DNA from: Escherichia phage Ec_Makalu_003
Sequence record: MN882349.1
DNA: 64,000 bases
Strand: one strand, 5' to 3'
In this document: positions 1 to 8,589 of the stretch, in pieces
Numbering within the stretch: the stretch's first letter is position 1
How the letters are laid out: every line of letters begins with the position of its first letter
Translations under genes and position numbers: made by a program
Notes under the pieces: model-generated
Told to the model about the DNA's origin: nothing
What the model saw: the letters and a program-made list of their open reading frames with translations, nothing else
The model's database searches: none

Positions 1-174
1 GATCCGCAGTCTTTCCACCCGGTTCTGGGCTTCAAGACTCGCTACGGCATCGGTATTAACCCGTTTGCAGACAGCAAATCCCAGGCGCCGTCCGCTCGCA
101 TCACCTCCGGTATGTTGAGCAAAGACAGTGTAGGTAAAAACGCATACTTCCGTCGTGTATGGGTTAAAGGTTGC
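1..174 (+). CDS. 23: major capsid protein gp23, C-terminal fragment (5' end lies upstream of window)
   Basis: Frame-1 translation ...GFKTRYGIGINPFADS...GKNAYFRRVWVKGC* matches the conserved C-terminus of T4-type gp23; stop at 172-174. Confidence 0.9.
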
Positions 175-262
175 TAATATAAGCCATTCCTGAAAAACTC
201 CTGTCGGGTGCAATGCCCGACTTATCATAAACCTTATGACAGTGTAAAGTGTTAATTCCAAA

Positions 263-291
263 GGGAAGACTCGAAAGGGTCTTCCCTTTTT
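263..291 (+). terminator. rho-independent terminator downstream of gene 23
   Basis: GGGAAGAC / GTCTTCCC stem followed by T-run. Confidence 0.7.
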
Positions 292-307
292 GCGTATCAT
301 ACCCCGT

Positions 308-315
308 TATAAATA
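308..315 (+). promoter_or_regulatory. T4-type late promoter motif TATAAATA
   Basis: Exact TATAAATA directly after the gene 23 terminator; downstream are a weak 50-codon ORF (395-547) and the 581-733 ORF. Confidence 0.45.
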
Positions 316-580
316 AGGTTGCAAGCCTATATTCTATTGGGAGCGAAAATAGATACACACAACAAAAAATTCCACCAATTTTCGTAGTAACTGCATGGCA
401 AAGGGACCAATGAATGAAATGAGCGTTCATGTTGATATTGGGTCGGATATATTTGGTAGATATACAGATCTGGTGTATGCCGACCTTGTTATGACATTCC
501 AGCGTGACGCTAGCGGTAATTTTTGGTTTTGGTACGCTGTTACCTGAATTAACCCAAAATTCTCCATAAGGAGGAAATGC

Positions 581-733
581 ATGAGTAAGAAAGAAAACAG
601 CTATGTTATGAGTCGTAAGGAATACAACGAATTGATGTTAGCATTAGCTTATGCAATTATTCGTTCTGATCATGCAATTAATCTGGTAAACAAAGTTAAC
701 CGTAGCGTTGATAATGTTTCTAGGAAGAAGTAA
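581..733 (+). CDS. small hypothetical protein (50 aa)
   Basis: ATG preceded by AAGGAGG RBS; ORF ends just before a terminator hairpin; occupies the gene 23-24 interval. Confidence 0.45.
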   Translation: MSKKENSYVMSRKEYNELMLALAYAIIRSDHAINLVNKVNRSVDNVSRKK

Positions 734-742
734 GTTTATTTT

Positions 743-766
743 GGAATCCTTCGGATTCCTTTTTCT
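743..766 (+). terminator. rho-independent terminator
   Basis: GGAATCC-TTCG-GGATTCC hairpin followed by T-run. Confidence 0.65.
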
Positions 767-771
767 TTTTG

Positions 772-779
772 TATAAATA
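772..779 (+). promoter_or_regulatory. late promoter TATAAATA for gene 24
   Basis: Exact TATAAATA about 40 bp upstream of the gene 24 ATG. Confidence 0.7.
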
Positions 780-816
780 TGATATATCCATTAAGGCAAA
801 TACAGGATTCATAAAC

Positions 817-2058
817 ATGACTCATATTTTTACTGAACTGTTGCGGGAATCTACTTCCTCAGTAGCTAACCAGACAGCGCGACCGCAACTATTATCATTA
901 ACTCGCGCGGTAAACAACCTGATTTTCTCTGATCTGGTAGCAATCCAGCCAACGGATCAACCAGTATCTGCATTGTACGGACTACGTTATCTTAATCATG
1001 ATGGTCAGATGACTTTCCGAACTGCTGCAACCTACGGTGGCGCGGTTGGTGATCGCACAGAGATTGAAGAGTTTTCAAAAGAAAAATCTTATGAAGAAGG
1101 CGCACTATTCAAATCAGGCGATGTTGTATACGAAGTTGTGACCGCTGGTACAGTCGGTGAAGATGCCGCAACTCCAGAAGCTGCGATCTTTAAAGGCGTA
1201 ATGACAAACAAAATTCGTTTCTATAGCGATTGTGCATCGGTAGAATACTTTGAAGATAAAAACACCGAAATTGCGTCTACCTCTATGCAGTTTGACAAGT
1301 GGCAAGTTAATGTAGGTTCTCGTAAACTGAAAACCTCGTTCACCACTGAATTAATGCAGGATCTTGAGGCAAGCCAAATCAACTCTGAAAACTCTGTAAT
1401 TGATCTTCTGGCTACTGTTGCTTCCGAAGAGATCAACAAAGATATTATTCAGAAGTTGATCACTGTATCATCTCGCTATAAAATTAAAGGGATCACCCCT
1501 GATGGCGTACTTTCTCTCGTTAGCGTTCAGGATGCACCAACACAAGCGCGTGAACTTTACCGCTATGCTTGCGAGATGAGCAATCAAATGTTGCGGACTT
1601 CCTCCTTTGCTGGTACATACGTTTTGGCGTCTTCTCGCGTGGTTGGCCTCCTGCAATCTTCCGGTTGGATGGAAGAAACCGACAATGCTCTAAGCGAAGG
1701 TCGTCTACGTTGCGGTCTGGAAGTTTACGCAGACACGACAACACCTTTCGATTATATGCTCGTTGGTTGCAAGCACATGATCGGTGATATGGAGAGTGTC
1801 GGTTCTCTGTTCTACTCCCCATACACAGAAGCCGACGGCGCTGGCGCGTATAAGAGCGTAATTGACCCTAATAGCTTCCAGCATCATGTAGCTATTATGA
1901 ATCGTTATTCACTCTCTGTCAACCCATACACATCAAAAGTTGATCAGGAAGAACACCAGGTCATCAAGGGTGACGATTGGGGTAAAATGGCTGGACGTTC
2001 AGAAATGTCCTACATTTTAGGAATCGAACTGCCACCACTTGAGATTGACAACGCTTAA
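817..2058 (+). CDS. 24: head vertex protein gp24
   Basis: Alignable to T4 gp24 (ELLRES N-terminus, NPYT..K C-terminal motif); ATG at 817 with AGGA RBS; the track ORF begins at an upstream TTG. Confidence 0.9.
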   Translation: MTHIFTELLRESTSSVANQTARPQLLSLTRAVNNLIFSDLVAIQPTDQPVSALYGLRYLNHDGQMTFRTAATYGGAVGDRTEIEEFSKEKSYEEGALFKSGDVVYEVVTAGTVGEDAATPEAAIFKGVMTNKIRFYSDCASVEYFEDKNTEIASTSMQFDKWQVNVGSRKLKTSFTTELMQDLEASQINSENSVIDLLATVASEEINKDIIQKLITVSSRYKIKGITPDGVLSLVSVQDAPTQARELYRYACEMSNQMLRTSSFAGTYVLASSRVVGLLQSSGWMEETDNALSEGRLRCGLEVYADTTTPFDYMLVGCKHMIGDMESVGSLFYSPYTEADGAGAYKSVIDPNSFQHHVAIMNRYSLSVNPYTSKVDQEEHQVIKGDDWGKMAGRSEMSYILGIELPPLEIDNA

Positions 2059-2646
2059 CTAAATATCTAACCAAGACAAGTCAGATCCGCCCAAGATTTT
2101 TTCGACGGCGGATCTATTTTCTTGATGATATAAGTTAAAACATGGTATCCCATGTCTACGGGCAACATAAACAGCAATTCGAGTTCCTCCCGAAACGATT
2201 CCATTAACTTCTTTCGCCCAGAATATCACACAATCTACAGGGTCATCAAGTGTCTCACCTAAGACTTGAGCAACATTTCTAGAAAACAGATTTTGCATGT
2301 ATAACGGTATAGATCGAGGATTATCATAAACGTGTTCTAATTCATCCATCGCCAGATTTTTTTGTTCTAAGGTTTGCCATGCAATCACATCATGACCGTT
2401 ATGCTTATGGTCGTAAAACTTCCAATTTGGAATGAAAATTTTTCTATAATCTGGATCGTAATACTTCATGAAAGCATTGTCCATACCGTAAGCCCCTCCA
2501 GAATGCGCTACAACGCGATTTTCTGACAATACCCTCCCAATGGTACTAGCCATTATCAAAATGTCGCTAGGCGCTTTTCTAGAGCCTATTAAAGCACATC
2601 TACGAAGTGGTTTTACTCCAAATAGATCTTGTAACTGGTCAAACAT
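2059..2646 (-). CDS. SLOG / DprA(Smf)-like Rossmann-fold protein
   Basis: 195 aa; motifs HSGGAYGMD and SGGTRIAVYVARRHGIPCF resemble the DprA/LOG-type SLOG nucleotide-binding fold; sits where T4 has rnlB. Confidence 0.55.
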   Translation of the reverse strand: MFDQLQDLFGVKPLRRCALIGSRKAPSDILIMASTIGRVLSENRVVAHSGGAYGMDNAFMKYYDPDYRKIFIPNWKFYDHKHNGHDVIAWQTLEQKNLAMDELEHVYDNPRSIPLYMQNLFSRNVAQVLGETLDDPVDCVIFWAKEVNGIVSGGTRIAVYVARRHGIPCFNLYHQENRSAVEKILGGSDLSWLDI

Positions 2647-2766
2647 AATATTTCCTCCATAGAAAGCAATATCATACTACAAGTTAATAACAAATACAAG
2701 TATCCGCGTAGCGGAAGCGAGCACAGCGAGCAATAAAACACTTCCAGTAATTGATTAATAAATGTT

Positions 2767-2830
2767 CGAAACAAATTTTTATTATTCTATAAGATAAGTC
2801 TTCGTTTTGATCATAATTTAATCATACATG
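2767..2830 (-). repeat. copy a of a roughly 60 nt intergenic element
   Basis: GATTAAATTATGATCAAAACGAAGA...TAGAATAATAAAAATTTGTTTCG on minus strand; see copies at 2916-2978 and 52631-52688. Confidence 0.6.
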
Positions 2831-2915
2831 TAAAAACGACACAAAAGGATATCGCTTCGCGAACTCCTACGGAGTATAACATTTGTGTTACATTATGTGG
2901 TGATTAATAATTAAT

Positions 2916-2978
2916 CAAAGATACATTTTCTATGTTCTAAAGATCTTTCTTCGTTTTGATCATAATTTAATCAAACAG
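2916..2978 (-). repeat. copy b of the intergenic element (contains AAAGATCTTT palindrome)
   Basis: Minus-strand reading GATTAAATTATGATCAAAACGAAGAAAGATCTTTAGAACATAGAAAATG, 24 nt identical to copy c. Confidence 0.6.
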
Positions 2979-3026
2979 TATTAATATTGTCCATATGTAA
3001 ACTAAAATTATGTCAGTAATAGATAC

Positions 3027-3052
3027 AAAAAAAGCCGCCCCGAAGGACGGCT
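3027..3052 (-). terminator. rho-independent terminator (UUCG loop) for minus-strand transcripts
   Basis: AGCCGTCC-UUCG-GGGCGGCU hairpin then U-run when read on minus strand. Confidence 0.6.
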
Positions 3053-3060
3053 AATGTTAA

Positions 3061-3498
3061 TTATTTGTTGATAACGATCTGATTTCGGCGAATGGTGACA
3101 TTGCTCTTAGAGATGACCAGATCATCCGGCACTACGTTAGTTTTGTATGGTTGGAAGCGAACAAGCATCTGATTGCGTTTAGACCCTTCCTTAATCTTGA
3201 TTTCCATCTGGATATTGTTGCCTACGTGAGCAACCGCAATTTCACCTTTATTCTCATAGACCCACTTGCTGGTAACGTCTCCCGCAAAAGCCTTAATAAC
3301 TTGCAATGCTTCGTCGTATGCGGTAGAGCTGTGAACTTTCAGAAGGCCAGCCGTAGCAAGACGGGAGCAGGTGATCGCCGGAGATTGCCAAACATCAACA
3401 TTAATTTGCTCAATCAGAGTAACACCGCCCTGATCAACTGCTTTGAATGCTTCGAACATTGCCTTTTTCATTGCTACGTGGTTTTTACGGAATTTCAT
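3061..3498 (-). CDS. hypothetical protein (145 aa)
   Basis: Intact ORF with RBS in T4-like gene context. Confidence 0.6.
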   Translation of the reverse strand: MKFRKNHVAMKKAMFEAFKAVDQGGVTLIEQINVDVWQSPAITCSRLATAGLLKVHSSTAYDEALQVIKAFAGDVTSKWVYENKGEIAVAHVGNNIQMEIKIKEGSKRNQMLVRFQPYKTNVVPDDLVISKSNVTIRRNQIVINK

Positions 3499-3544
3499 AA
3501 TTAGTCACCTCTATTGATTAGTTATTCAGAATATTAATTACAAA

Positions 3545-3820
3545 TCAGGACATTGCCCGTTTGAATGCGTCCATTATAACAGTGTTATTTGGCTTGTCAA
3601 CACGTTTTTGAACTTTATTTTTAAATTTTTTGTTTATGTGGTGTTTACGATAAACAACCTTTTCACGGCTGGCGTAAGCCTCGCGTGCATCTTTTACCAT
3701 CAACCATGCCTTAGCCGCATCTTGTCCGCTGATCCCGCCAATCTTCTTAGCAATATCAACAAAATTAAGACCGTGATCTTCGCGTAGCATGTAAACCATT
3801 AACGCTGTTTTCTTGTCCAT
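3545..3820 (-). CDS. hypothetical protein, possible helix-turn-helix DNA-binding protein
   Basis: 91 aa, basic C-terminus, segment LNFVDIAKKIGGISGQDAAKAW looks HTH-like. Confidence 0.5.
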   Translation of the reverse strand: MDKKTALMVYMLREDHGLNFVDIAKKIGGISGQDAAKAWLMVKDAREAYASREKVVYRKHHINKKFKNKVQKRVDKPNNTVIMDAFKRAMS

Positions 3821-4017
3821 TACTTCGCCTCATTGACGATTAACAGGATAGTGATCAGTACCGGAAACTGGATCATGACAGTACCAATAAACCGGATAAA
3901 CGCATTTTCTGACTTCCACACATGACATGCGACTAGCTGATAGACCATTGTTGCAACCAAAGCCAGAAAATACATCTCGATTGGCGTTTCTTTGATCAAT
4001 CGTACAATCTCATTCAT
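3820..4017 (-). CDS. small membrane protein (two predicted TM helices)
   Basis: 65 aa, two hydrophobic stretches, GAGGTG RBS. Confidence 0.55.
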   Translation of the reverse strand: MNEIVRLIKETPIEMYFLALVATMVYQLVACHVWKSENAFIRFIGTVMIQFPVLITILLIVNEAK

Positions 4018-4025
4018 ACTTCACC

Positions 4026-4097
4026 TCATACATTCATAAACACAACAACGAATAGGACAGTAACAGTTATTAAAGCCATTTTCAACCCCATATTCAT
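4026..4097 (-). CDS. possible 23-aa hydrophobic micro-ORF in the leader
   Basis: MNMGLKMALITVTVLFVVVFMNV with GAGG RBS, stop overlaps the RBS of the next gene; could be leader only. Confidence 0.3.
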   Translation of the reverse strand: MNMGLKMALITVTVLFVVVFMNV

Positions 4098-4143
4098 AAT
4101 ATTTTCTTCGCCTCACGATGACAGTAGCATGTCGATGCGTGCC

Positions 4144-4171
4144 ATTATAGGCATCTAAATCGCTCTGTCAA
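4144..4171 (-). promoter_or_regulatory. sigma70-like early promoter (TTGACA, 16 bp, TATAAT)
   Basis: Minus strand TTGACA-16 bp-TATAAT. Confidence 0.55.
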
Positions 4172-4181
4172 GCACAAAAAC

Positions 4182-4207
4182 AAAAAAGCCACCCCGAAGG
4201 ATGGCTG
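4182..4207 (-). terminator. rho-independent terminator (UUCG loop) downstream of hoc
   Basis: AGCCAUCC-UUCG-GGGUGGCU hairpin then U-run on minus strand. Confidence 0.65.
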
Positions 4208-4217
4208 ATAGATTTCA

Positions 4218-5420
4218 TTAATCACGAATGCGTAGAACTCGCTCTAACGTCTCTCGGTCCAGTTTATGTAACTCTTTGGAATGATACATGAAACCATTGC
4301 GAGATTCCATGCAAGTGCAATCACTATATTTTTCTTCCGCTGCCGCGATTGTCTCCAGATCTTTGGCGTACTTGCTGGTTGAATAAACTTCTCGGTTACG
4401 CCACTCTAAACCAGCCTCATTGAATTTAACAATCTCGTCAAATACCCACCATCCAATGTAGATAAATGAAGTTTTGCGCCACGGGATCGGGTGTACGTAA
4501 CGAAACATTTTAACAACTTCCATTGAACATTTTCTACTTGTACTTGTTGCAACTTCTACTGTTTCATCTTCGATCTGTTGATATAGTTTAGCAACACACC
4601 AGAATTTGGCTGTGTCATCGTAAGTAGCACTCTCTTTGAACAGATGACCGTCTGGCATGATAGAAAATCCTTCCAGTGCTTCGCCGACCTCACTACCGAT
4701 TAGAGTCGGTGACATTTGCCCTTCGCGCTGCAAATACCAGTTATATTTGATCGTCAAATTAGGCATACCGCTAGAATCGCCTACAATGTTCTCTGACACA
4801 ACATAATTAAGTAAGATCTCATTACCTAGTGCCACGGTCTTTGATTCCACCACATCCTGATCTACGTTCATTGTTGCCAGCATGATTTTAGTCGATGCGC
4901 TATCGGCTGAATCTTCCGACTCACCCCACACTTTTACAGTATACACGCCGTTTTTATCTGCTGTAAATTTTTGGATCGTAATATCCTGTGTTGTGTCTAT
5001 AACTTCTTCGCCCTTACTCCAACTATAATGTAGTTCATAGTTGTCTGCTGGAGTCTTCCCACCCGAAAATTTTACTGTTGCATGTAATTCTACGTTTGTT
5101 TGTGATGATACGTAGAATTGCTGCGGTTCGGTGATATTTACGATTAATTCAGCTTCTTCCATGAGGAAAACTTCAGATTCTACTGATTCCATCGTATCGG
5201 TATCTTGTACCGTTACTTTATAGCTACCCGCATTTTCACTTGTTGCGTCTGCTACAGTTAGCGTAGCTGTGCTATTTTCATGCGGTTGGTCGTCTTTTGT
5301 CCATGTATATGTCAAATTGCTGGGTAATGGTTCGTCACCCGCTACAGTCGCCGTTAAGGTGAAACCATCTCCAGCAAGAAAACATCTTTTGTTAGATTGT
5401 ATTGATACTGTGAAAGCCAT
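4218..5420 (-). CDS. hoc: Hoc, Ig-like domain outer capsid decoration protein
   Basis: 400 aa with repeated Ig-like segments (TYTWTKD, GSYKVTV, GVYTVKV) and C-terminal YVHPIPWR..GWWVFDEI matching the T4 Hoc capsid-binding region. Confidence 0.85.
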   Translation of the reverse strand: MAFTVSIQSNKRCFLAGDGFTLTATVAGDEPLPSNLTYTWTKDDQPHENSTATLTVADATSENAGSYKVTVQDTDTMESVESEVFLMEEAELIVNITEPQQFYVSSQTNVELHATVKFSGGKTPADNYELHYSWSKGEEVIDTTQDITIQKFTADKNGVYTVKVWGESEDSADSASTKIMLATMNVDQDVVESKTVALGNEILLNYVVSENIVGDSSGMPNLTIKYNWYLQREGQMSPTLIGSEVGEALEGFSIMPDGHLFKESATYDDTAKFWCVAKLYQQIEDETVEVATSTSRKCSMEVVKMFRYVHPIPWRKTSFIYIGWWVFDEIVKFNEAGLEWRNREVYSTSKYAKDLETIAAAEEKYSDCTCMESRNGFMYHSKELHKLDRETLERVLRIRD

Positions 5421-5515
5421 ATAAAGCCACTCCCATAGAAAATCCGAATTTAATTAATTGAAATAGTTGATTGCTATCAACCAGATAACCATTGCGAGAT
5501 TCCAATACATGAGTA

Positions 5516-5680
5516 TTAGAATAGTGATGTAACGAGGCCGAAATAGTATCGATCTCGTCTTGGTATTTGTTCTGTTATAAAGTCTGCTGTACTAACAACA
5601 ATCTTTAACAGAAGTGGATGACCAACGGAGCCATAAACCGGACCTTCTGTTTGATGTAATACATTGATTTTGTTAGACAT
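5516..5680 (-). CDS. small hypothetical protein (54 aa)
   Basis: ATG with GAGGA RBS between inh-like gene and hoc. Confidence 0.4.
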   Translation of the reverse strand: MSNKINVLHQTEGPVYGSVGHPLLLKIVVSTADFITEQIPRRDRYYFGLVTSLF

Positions 5681-5758
5681 GTAGTATCCTCTTTTAATTG
5701 CATAACGGAACTACAATTAAAATTATAACAAATATTTCACAACTTTTATCACCCAAAA

Positions 5759-6475
5759 TTACTTGAGTGTGTGGAATTGGCTATGTTTAGTCTCTCTCAC
5801 CTTGACAGACCCATCGCGTTTGATATAATAGATCAGTGACTTGAGGGTGTCGTGTACATACGCGTGCGGGAAACGCTCTGGATACTTCTTCCAATCTGGA
5901 GTATTAACGATCCAGTCGAAAATCCACCACGGGCAGGAGTAGTAACCACGACCGCCACCGATCAAGCAAATGGTCGGACGGAAACCAGTAAGATCACAAA
6001 ATGAATCAGTGTCATGTGCAGGAGAACGATGCTCTGCTTCGTCAGAGAAAATGTTTGCTACCGGAGATTCCACTTTAACTTCCGGTACAACCACAATTTC
6101 AACTGGTACTGTGTGTGGTTTGGCTTCTTCTACAACTGTAACTGGTTCTTCTTTTTGTTCTGGTTCTTTCATTGCTTCAACCAGAGACGGATCAACTTCG
6201 TCGAATACCACTTTATCATCTGCGGTGTCTGCTGCCAGAATAAGATCGTTAATACTGGTTCCTTCTGCCGGAGTTTCTTCTTCCATTTCGGAAGCCAGTT
6301 TAGTTAATTCGGTTTCTACGAACTCGATCATGTTCTCTAGTGATAAAGTCTTTTTGACCTTAATATCAAATTGTTTTGCGTAGTCAGCTAATTCTGTTTT
6401 AGCTGTTTTCTGTGCTTCTTTGTCGTCGGACGCCGCAATAGCGCGGAGTTCTTCGAAATATTCTTTATCAAACAT
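5759..6475 (-). CDS. inh: Inh-like protein (putative prohead protease inhibitor / capsid-associated)
   Basis: 238 aa, acidic repetitive middle, C-terminal WWIFDWIV motif resembling the Hoc C-terminus; position between hoc and uvsW as in T4. Confidence 0.5.
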   Translation of the reverse strand: MFDKEYFEELRAIAASDDKEAQKTAKTELADYAKQFDIKVKKTLSLENMIEFVETELTKLASEMEEETPAEGTSINDLILAADTADDKVVFDEVDPSLVEAMKEPEQKEEPVTVVEEAKPHTVPVEIVVVPEVKVESPVANIFSDEAEHRSPAHDTDSFCDLTGFRPTICLIGGGRGYYSCPWWIFDWIVNTPDWKKYPERFPHAYVHDTLKSLIYYIKRDGSVKVRETKHSQFHTLK

Positions 6476-6501
6476 GCTATTCTCCTGATTGGGGGTGTTT
6501 G

Positions 6502-6509
6502 TATAAATA
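6502..6509 (+). promoter_or_regulatory. late promoter TATAAATA for uvsW
   Basis: Exact TATAAATA 37 bp upstream of the uvsW ATG. Confidence 0.65.
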
Positions 6510-6545
6510 TTTGTATACTGTATTTATTGAGTGAGGCTATTCGCT

Positions 6546-8048
6546 ATGCAAGATATTAAAATTCACTTTCTGAACTACTCCCATGTTCAAATTGAATGTA
6601 GCGATTCAATTTTATTAGAAATGCGAGATTATTTTAGTTTTGAAGTCGAGGGAGCGCGGTTTCAAAAAAGATTTAAGTATGGCGGATGGGATGGGCGTAT
6701 TCGTCTATTAGATTACAATGGAAAGTTGCCAATCGGCCTAACTAAAACCGTTGGCATCTTCGCTAAAAATATGGGTTATTCTGTTTGGGTAGACCCTCGC
6801 TTATTCGAGAAAGAACAGGTTACAGAAGAAGAGATCACAAAATGGTGTAACGACTTAGAATTATATTCCGGTGCTAACAGGATCACCCCGCATTGGTATC
6901 AATCAAAGGCTGTCTTTGAAGGTATTCATCATAAACGCCGTATGTTAGTTTTGCCTACGTCCGCTGGTAAATCTGCGATTGCTTGTATGTTGTCTCGCTG
7001 GTACTTAGAGAACTACGAAGGGAAAGTGCTGATCATCGTTCCTACCACGTCGCTAGTGCTGCAAATGCGTGATGATTTTGTTGATTATCGCCAGTTTCCA
7101 TATGAAGCAATTCATACTATCATGAGCGGTACTAGTAAACACGTAGGTGATCGCCTGATCGTTGTTAGTACGTGGCAATCAGCATGTAAACAGCCTCGTG
7201 AGTGGTTCCAACAATTCGGGATGGTTATTGTTGACGAATGTCACAAGGCCACGGCTAAAAACCTGCTAAACATCGTTACTGATATGGATCATTGCCAATT
7301 TAAGATCGGTATGACTGGTTCCCCTCGTGACGGGAAAGCTAACATGATGCAGTATGTCGGGCTTTTCGGTGATATTTCTAAGATCGTGAGTATTGACCGC
7401 CTGATGGAAGAAGGGCAGGTGACAAAACTGAAAATTAACTGTCTTTTTCTTCGTTATACCGATGAGGAATGTAGCGCGGTTAAGGGGAGAGAATATGCGG
7501 AAGAGATCAAGTATATTACATCTAACCCACGACGTAATAAGTTTGCTTGCAATTTGGCGCTAAAACTCGCTAAGAAGGGCGAAAACGTATTCCTGATGTT
7601 CCGCAACACTAAGCACGGAAAACTTATGTATGATGCGTTACAGAAGGTACACGACAAGGTTTATTATATTGACGGTGGAGTTAAGACAGAAGAACGTGAT
7701 GAATTTAAGAAAATGGCGGAAGGTGACACTGGCTTAATCTGTGTTGCGTCTTATGGTGTGTTCTCTACTGGTGTTTCCATCAAGAACTTGCATCATGTTA
7801 TTTTCGGTCATCCAGTGAAGGAATCAACTATCGTTCGTCAGAGTATCGGTCGTGCATTGCGTAAACATGGTTCTAAGGATATTGCTACCGTTTGGGATCT
7901 TATCGATCATTTGGCGGTGAAGACAAAGAGCAAGAATGCTAAGAAACAGTTTAGCCACCTTAATTATGCTCTTAAACATGCCCTTGAAAGAATAAAAATT
8001 TACAACACCGATCGATTCGAATATGTCACGAAAACAATCGAGATTTAA
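6546..8048 (+). CDS. uvsW: UvsW RNA-DNA and DNA-DNA helicase
   Basis: N-terminus MQDIKIHF...RFKYGGWDGRIRLLDYN and helicase motifs (LPTSAGKS, DECH) match T4 UvsW; ATG at 6546 with GAGG RBS (track ORF starts at upstream GTG). Confidence 0.9.
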   Translation: MQDIKIHFLNYSHVQIECSDSILLEMRDYFSFEVEGARFQKRFKYGGWDGRIRLLDYNGKLPIGLTKTVGIFAKNMGYSVWVDPRLFEKEQVTEEEITKWCNDLELYSGANRITPHWYQSKAVFEGIHHKRRMLVLPTSAGKSAIACMLSRWYLENYEGKVLIIVPTTSLVLQMRDDFVDYRQFPYEAIHTIMSGTSKHVGDRLIVVSTWQSACKQPREWFQQFGMVIVDECHKATAKNLLNIVTDMDHCQFKIGMTGSPRDGKANMMQYVGLFGDISKIVSIDRLMEEGQVTKLKINCLFLRYTDEECSAVKGREYAEEIKYITSNPRRNKFACNLALKLAKKGENVFLMFRNTKHGKLMYDALQKVHDKVYYIDGGVKTEERDEFKKMAEGDTGLICVASYGVFSTGVSIKNLHHVIFGHPVKESTIVRQSIGRALRKHGSKDIATVWDLIDHLAVKTKSKNAKKQFSHLNYALKHALERIKIYNTDRFEYVTKTIEI

Positions 8049-8091
8049 TAAATAGGGGCTTTAATGCCCCTTTATTCTACGGAGATTAAAA

Positions 8092-8328
8092 ATGATTAGC
8101 TTTAAACGTTTTTTGGTTGAGGCCGCTATTGACGGTTTTATGAGTAAGATTTATTCTTGTAATACTATCGAGGGATTGAATGAACTTGAGGCATATTATG
8201 AGAAGCGCAAGAAAGAAACAGAATTGAAACCTGCTGATGATATTTCGATTCGTGATGCCATCGCTGGACGCCGTAAGCAATTGGAGGCCGACAACGAGCC
8301 AGAAGAGGAGCCGGAAGAGGATTTTTAA
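8092..8328 (+). CDS. UvsW.1-like small acidic protein
   Basis: 78 aa ORF immediately downstream of uvsW, acidic C-terminus. Confidence 0.55.
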   Translation: MISFKRFLVEAAIDGFMSKIYSCNTIEGLNELEAYYEKRKKETELKPADDISIRDAIAGRRKQLEADNEPEEEPEEDF

Positions 8329-8333
8329 GATAT

Positions 8334-8358
8334 AAAAAAGCCCCATCATTGATGGGGC
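8334..8358 (-). terminator. terminator hairpin for the minus-strand uvsY transcript
   Basis: GCCCCATC...GATGGGGC hairpin with U-run on minus strand. Confidence 0.55.
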
Positions 8359-8391
8359 AAAATAAACCAATTAAAATCGGTTATCAACAAA

Positions 8392-8568
8392 TTACATTAA
8401 CAGCATTGTTTGCTCTACGAGTTGTTCTTGTTCTTCGCCGTTCGCATCTTCACTGATCGAACGTTCTGTTACTAGCTGTAAGCAGTAGCCAGTGTGAACA
8501 ACGCCGTTTTCTGTCTGGACGGCTAACGCATCCTCGACAGGTTGTTTACAACAAATACAGATTTTCAT
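8392..8568 (-). CDS. small Cys-containing protein at the T4 uvsY.-2 position (58 aa)
   Basis: GGAGGA RBS; MKICICCKQP N-terminus; directly downstream of uvsY. Confidence 0.5.
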   Translation of the reverse strand: MKICICCKQPVEDALAVQTENGVVHTGYCLQLVTERSISEDANGEEQEQLVEQTMLLM

Positions 8569-8589
8569 AAAAATTCCTCCTGCATGTAT

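Noticed and set aside
164-430. Minus-strand ORF of 88 aa overlapping the gene 23 stop and terminator
   Set aside because: Antisense to the conserved gp23 C-terminus and its terminator, no RBS, low-complexity translation; treated as a shadow ORF.
1114-1887. Several 60-100 aa ORFs on both strands inside gene 24
   Set aside because: Fully nested in a confidently identified structural gene; no independent start signals.
2084-2115. Inverted repeat AGATCCGCC...GGCGGATCT just after the gene 24 stop
   Set aside because: Lies inside the coding sequence of the convergent SLOG-like gene and lacks a T-run; could contribute to termination but not callable as a terminator.
5970-6383. Plus-strand ORFs (Ser/Thr-rich and Cys/Phe-rich) inside the inh-like gene
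   Set aside because: Antisense shadows of the acidic repetitive region of the minus-strand gene; compositionally biased.
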